Of a stretch of 34,241 bases of DNA, positions 30,794-34,241 are shown in pieces. A program made the position numbers and the translations under genes. Every line of letters starts with the position of its first letter. The stretch's first letter is position 1. The notes under the pieces were generated by a model. It searched no databases and had not been told where the DNA came from. It worked only from the letters and a program-made list of their open reading frames with translations. The stretch comes from Catajapyx aquilonaris (Eukaryota): the NCBI GenBank assembly GCA_000934665.2, contig KZ539071.1, forward strand, positions 1-34,241. The letters run 5' to 3'.

Positions 30794-32502
30794 TCAGGTA
30801 GATTCCTCTCCAGGTTGCAGCAGTAATTGGCACTGGAAACCTGGAATAGCAGGCCACTTCTGATTGGGCTCACACATGGAGTAAGCATAAGGGAAGCCAG
30901 TGGTGCTCTGGTAAGGAGGCTTGCACTGGTACATGGCCATGGTGCCCTCCATATGCAGCACATCACTGCATTGCACTTCGGTCCCACTCAGTTTGTAGCA
31001 TCTCACCTCTTGGTTCTCGTGCAACGGAGGAGCCTCACAGGTGACCACATATTCAACTGACAAGAAAGTGGAATTATTAAAGGCCTGGGGTTTAGAGAAA
31101 GCAATTCAACCACTTACCTCCACGCCTTTTACAGACCGATCCATAAAGTCCGTATTGCGATTGGCTCATCAGATCACTTTCATCATCATTATAGGTCCAG
31201 TAGGCAAAGTTGTAAAATCCTTGCCTTCTGCGAGGATATCCATCAGGCCATTTTCTACAGTCATGGAGATTAGCAAAAAACTTGTCTTCCTGTTCAGATA
31301 GATTGTTATATATGTTACTTGCAGGAATGTAGAGTTAGTTGGAACAGTGCGACCATCCGTCCATTCCCAGATACCATCACGGTCAAAGTCTGACAGACCA
31401 ATCCAATAAAACCCACCTATTGGGGTTTTCGTAACAGCTTTCAACCATGCCTAGAAACAAGCAGATTTTGTACACCTTGTTTGGCATATAATCTATATGA
31501 GTAGGGGGATAATACCTCTTCTGCAGGTGAATTGATTGATATTAAATATCCGTCCTTTTCCTTGCAAAATTCGTTAGCTTCTGGCCATGACTTAGTCACC
31601 CTCGCATCCAACAGGTAGCAGCTTGAAGAACCGCGTCTCGAAAGCCAGAAGTTCGGACATCCACGTCTGCTTGTGGTTTCTTTCTCTGCAATTACTTGCA
31701 CCTGATTTATTTGATCTCACCCTAGTTTTGTAAAACAAAATCAAGTTACTTTATACCTGTCTCGCAAATAAAATGGAATGTGCTCGTACAATCTTGATCA
31801 AAAAATATGTGGGTTATTGTGCTACGAGATAACACGCAGTCTTCGCTGTAAAGTCCTTTGTATGGATGTCCACTGGCCCATGGTCTGAAATGATGGGTTA
31901 GAATTTTTAGCAAGTGTTGGGGAAGGTTCACTTGTAGTGTACTTGCAGTGATGAGTAGGTGTCATAATCAGTGCCATCCACCCATTTCCATTGGAAGTTT
32001 CCATTGTTGGAGGATCCTTCAGTCGCTCTTCTCAACCCAACCCACCACCATGTGGCATACCATCTTCGTTGGACATTGCGACTGATTGTTGTAGATATCC
32101 ACTCCTGCGTTTAGCAGATGATAGTATGTGAGCATGTACATGTAGGAGAAATACCATCACAGGGGGTCTCCCTTCTCCCTACCAATTCTTTCTCCGAGTT
32201 GACAACCAGAAGATCTCCTCCCTGCATTTGGCATGATTGACGTGCTTCTTGCCATGTCAGTCTTTGTTCCTCGAACAGGTAGCAGTAATGCTCGTCCGGA
32301 GGAGATATCCAACTACGGGGTCATCTTGCAGCTGAATATTAGAATATTAAGACAGCAAACATTGCATCTGAATAAATGTGACATGAGAGGAGTGCGGAAC
32401 TCAACAAATAATTGAAAGACAAGTTATTTCACACAACTTACTGTATGAAGAAATTGAGAAAATGACGAGCAAAATGCAGTGGTACAATCCAGATGAAGCC
32501 AT
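30794..32502 (-). pseudogene. Subtype A lectin (CTL4), intact except one in-frame TGA at a conserved Cys codon (32323-32321)
   Basis: Exons 32502-32442, 32331-32183, 32104-31947, 31884-31757, 31685-31516, 31450-31323, 31254-31118, 31056-30794. GCA AGA TGA CCC versus GCA AGA TGT CCA in CTL3. All other codons and splice sites are intact. Confidence 0.75.
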
Positions 32503-32690
32503 GGCAAACTAAGTTATTTGTGATAGGTTATTATCAGGCTGGTAACACGTAGCGGTGTACGTAAAATTCTCTTTTCCACTTAGAGTTGTCCACAGAGTGA
32601 GTTATTTCCTGCCACACACATCCTGCATACCTGATAACAATTGACGACATTCAATCAGTCTTGGCTCATGCTCGCTACCAGAAGGACCCT

Positions 32691-34241
32691 ATGAACTACT
32701 TTGCACTCATCCTTCTTGTGCATGGTAAGGTCAAATTAATTTCGTCTGCTGTGATCGTTATACTTGAATATCAGTCAATGAGCAGAATTGTTTGTAGTTG
32801 CATTTGCAGCACGATGTCCTGCCGACTGGATATCCCCTCCAGACGAAACATCTTGCTACATGCTCCAAGATGAGTACTATACTTGGCAGGAATCTCGCGA
32901 CTTGTGCCAAGAGAAGGGCGGTGATCTGCTGGTGGTGAACTCTGAAGAAGAATGGGTAACAATCTCTTACTGCACAAAAATGCTTACAACAATGGAACTA
33001 TGGAAGTACTAACAAAATCAATTGGGCAGGATTGGATATCTTCAAAGTTGTACCCCTTCGTCTACGGAATAGATGTGGCTTGGTACATTGGACTGAGAGC
33101 AGTGTACGAAGAGACATCACCTGGTGCTGGAAGATACACCTGGAAATGGATAGACGGAAGGGATTTTCAAAGCTCTGACTCACTGTATGTATTCACAAAC
33201 TTCCAAATCATTTAACACGTTTTTACATGTAAAGTCCGGTACCATCAAAGACTAGATAATCAGCATCTCTTGTCCCATGCAGTACAAAAAGCACACTGAT
33301 TAATGTGAATTATTTCAGGAAGTGGGCTAATGGCGAACCTTCAGAGGAAATTTACTCACCAATTAACGACGATTATTGCAGTTTGGCAATATTTACTAGC
33401 AACTTCACTGGAGCTATTAATTATGTTTGTCGTCTGCCGTGGCCCTCTGTATGCGAAAAAGGAAAAGGTAACTTTTTACCCATTCATATACCATTTCAAT
33501 TTAGATTAGGGGTAATTTGTCCTCATGAATGTCTCGCCTAGCTATTAGGACATAAGGACTATCCTTTAGGTGTTTAGGAGATTATAATTATTATGCATCT
33601 CCTCCTATACTAGGACATTTTGTTTTGCAGAGGGAGGTCCTGAGTATTGGCTGGATAGAGAAGGTTCCACAAGCAGTTACTACGTCAACACCTTCAAGAC
33701 AACGTGGTTTGAAGCCAGAGAGAAATGCAAAGCAAGCGGAGGAGATTTGGTGTCGGTTAATTCACAGGAAGAGAAGGTAATCAATGTTAAATCAAGGCTT
33801 CCAAGGAAATACTGCACTTGCTAGCTATGTCCATACATCGCCATACATTCACTTGCAGGAGTGGCTGATAGAGGCAGTGGGACGTTATTACAGCATTACC
33901 GTTTTTTGGATCGGCCTCTTCAAAACCAACCAAACAGAAGAGTGGAAATGGACTGATGGAACCATTCACGACTCGAGCATCTTGTAACAAACTGCCAGTT
34001 CATCACGATACATGGTTATTGGCTACACTAATGATTTCTGTTGCAGTGAATGGCACACAGGTTTCCCGGCTGTACGAGAAGAAGCTTATATACACTTTGC
34101 GATATACGCACCAAACATTCAAGCTATTTCCACCTTGCCATATTACGCCGGAGAGTATTCCGTGTGTGAAATACCAGGATGTGTGTTGAAGTAGTGGTTT
34201 ACAATGAAGTCATCACCAACGTGTACTTGTTTCAGTCCCTT
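32691..34241 (+). CDS. Subtype B lectin (CTL5); last (Sushi) exon truncated by the window end
   Basis: Exons 32691-32724, 32798-32955, 33030-33184, 33319-33467, 33631-33776, 33859-33983, 34047-34180 and 34236 onward. Open frame. Confidence 0.85.

Overview
Compact, intron-rich animal DNA, most likely an invertebrate. An arthropod is plausible because of a kayak-type Fos C-terminal motif, but that is inference. Introns are mostly 45-100 nt and there is one assembly gap (5732-5823). All gene models were spliced by eye from splice sites and reading phase. Three gene arrays fill the window. (1) 1-5.3 kb: three minus-strand paralogous Ig genes, each starting MES- with a signal peptide; the two complete ones encode 3-Ig proteins with a GPI-like tail. 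(2) 6.5-21.5 kb: four diverged Fos/kayak-family bZIP genes made by tandem and inverted duplication. They are interleaved with an intact gene for a Dpy-30-motif, protamine-like Arg-rich protein, two decayed fragments of it, and an acidic orphan gene. The Fos copies differ at DNA-contacting residues: one has the invariant Arg changed to Trp, one has Cys changed to Phe. (3) 21.8-34.2 kb: a cluster of secreted 2xCTLD+Sushi/CCP-like lectin genes of two subtypes (A, B) in head-to-head pairs. It includes an in-frame A::B chimera (4 CTLD+Sushi) joined through a hybrid intron, five GC-AG introns at homologous positions, a copy with a single TGA at a conserved Cys, and a copy that lost both Cys of one disulfide. 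Several MITEs, SINEs and minisatellites are also present.
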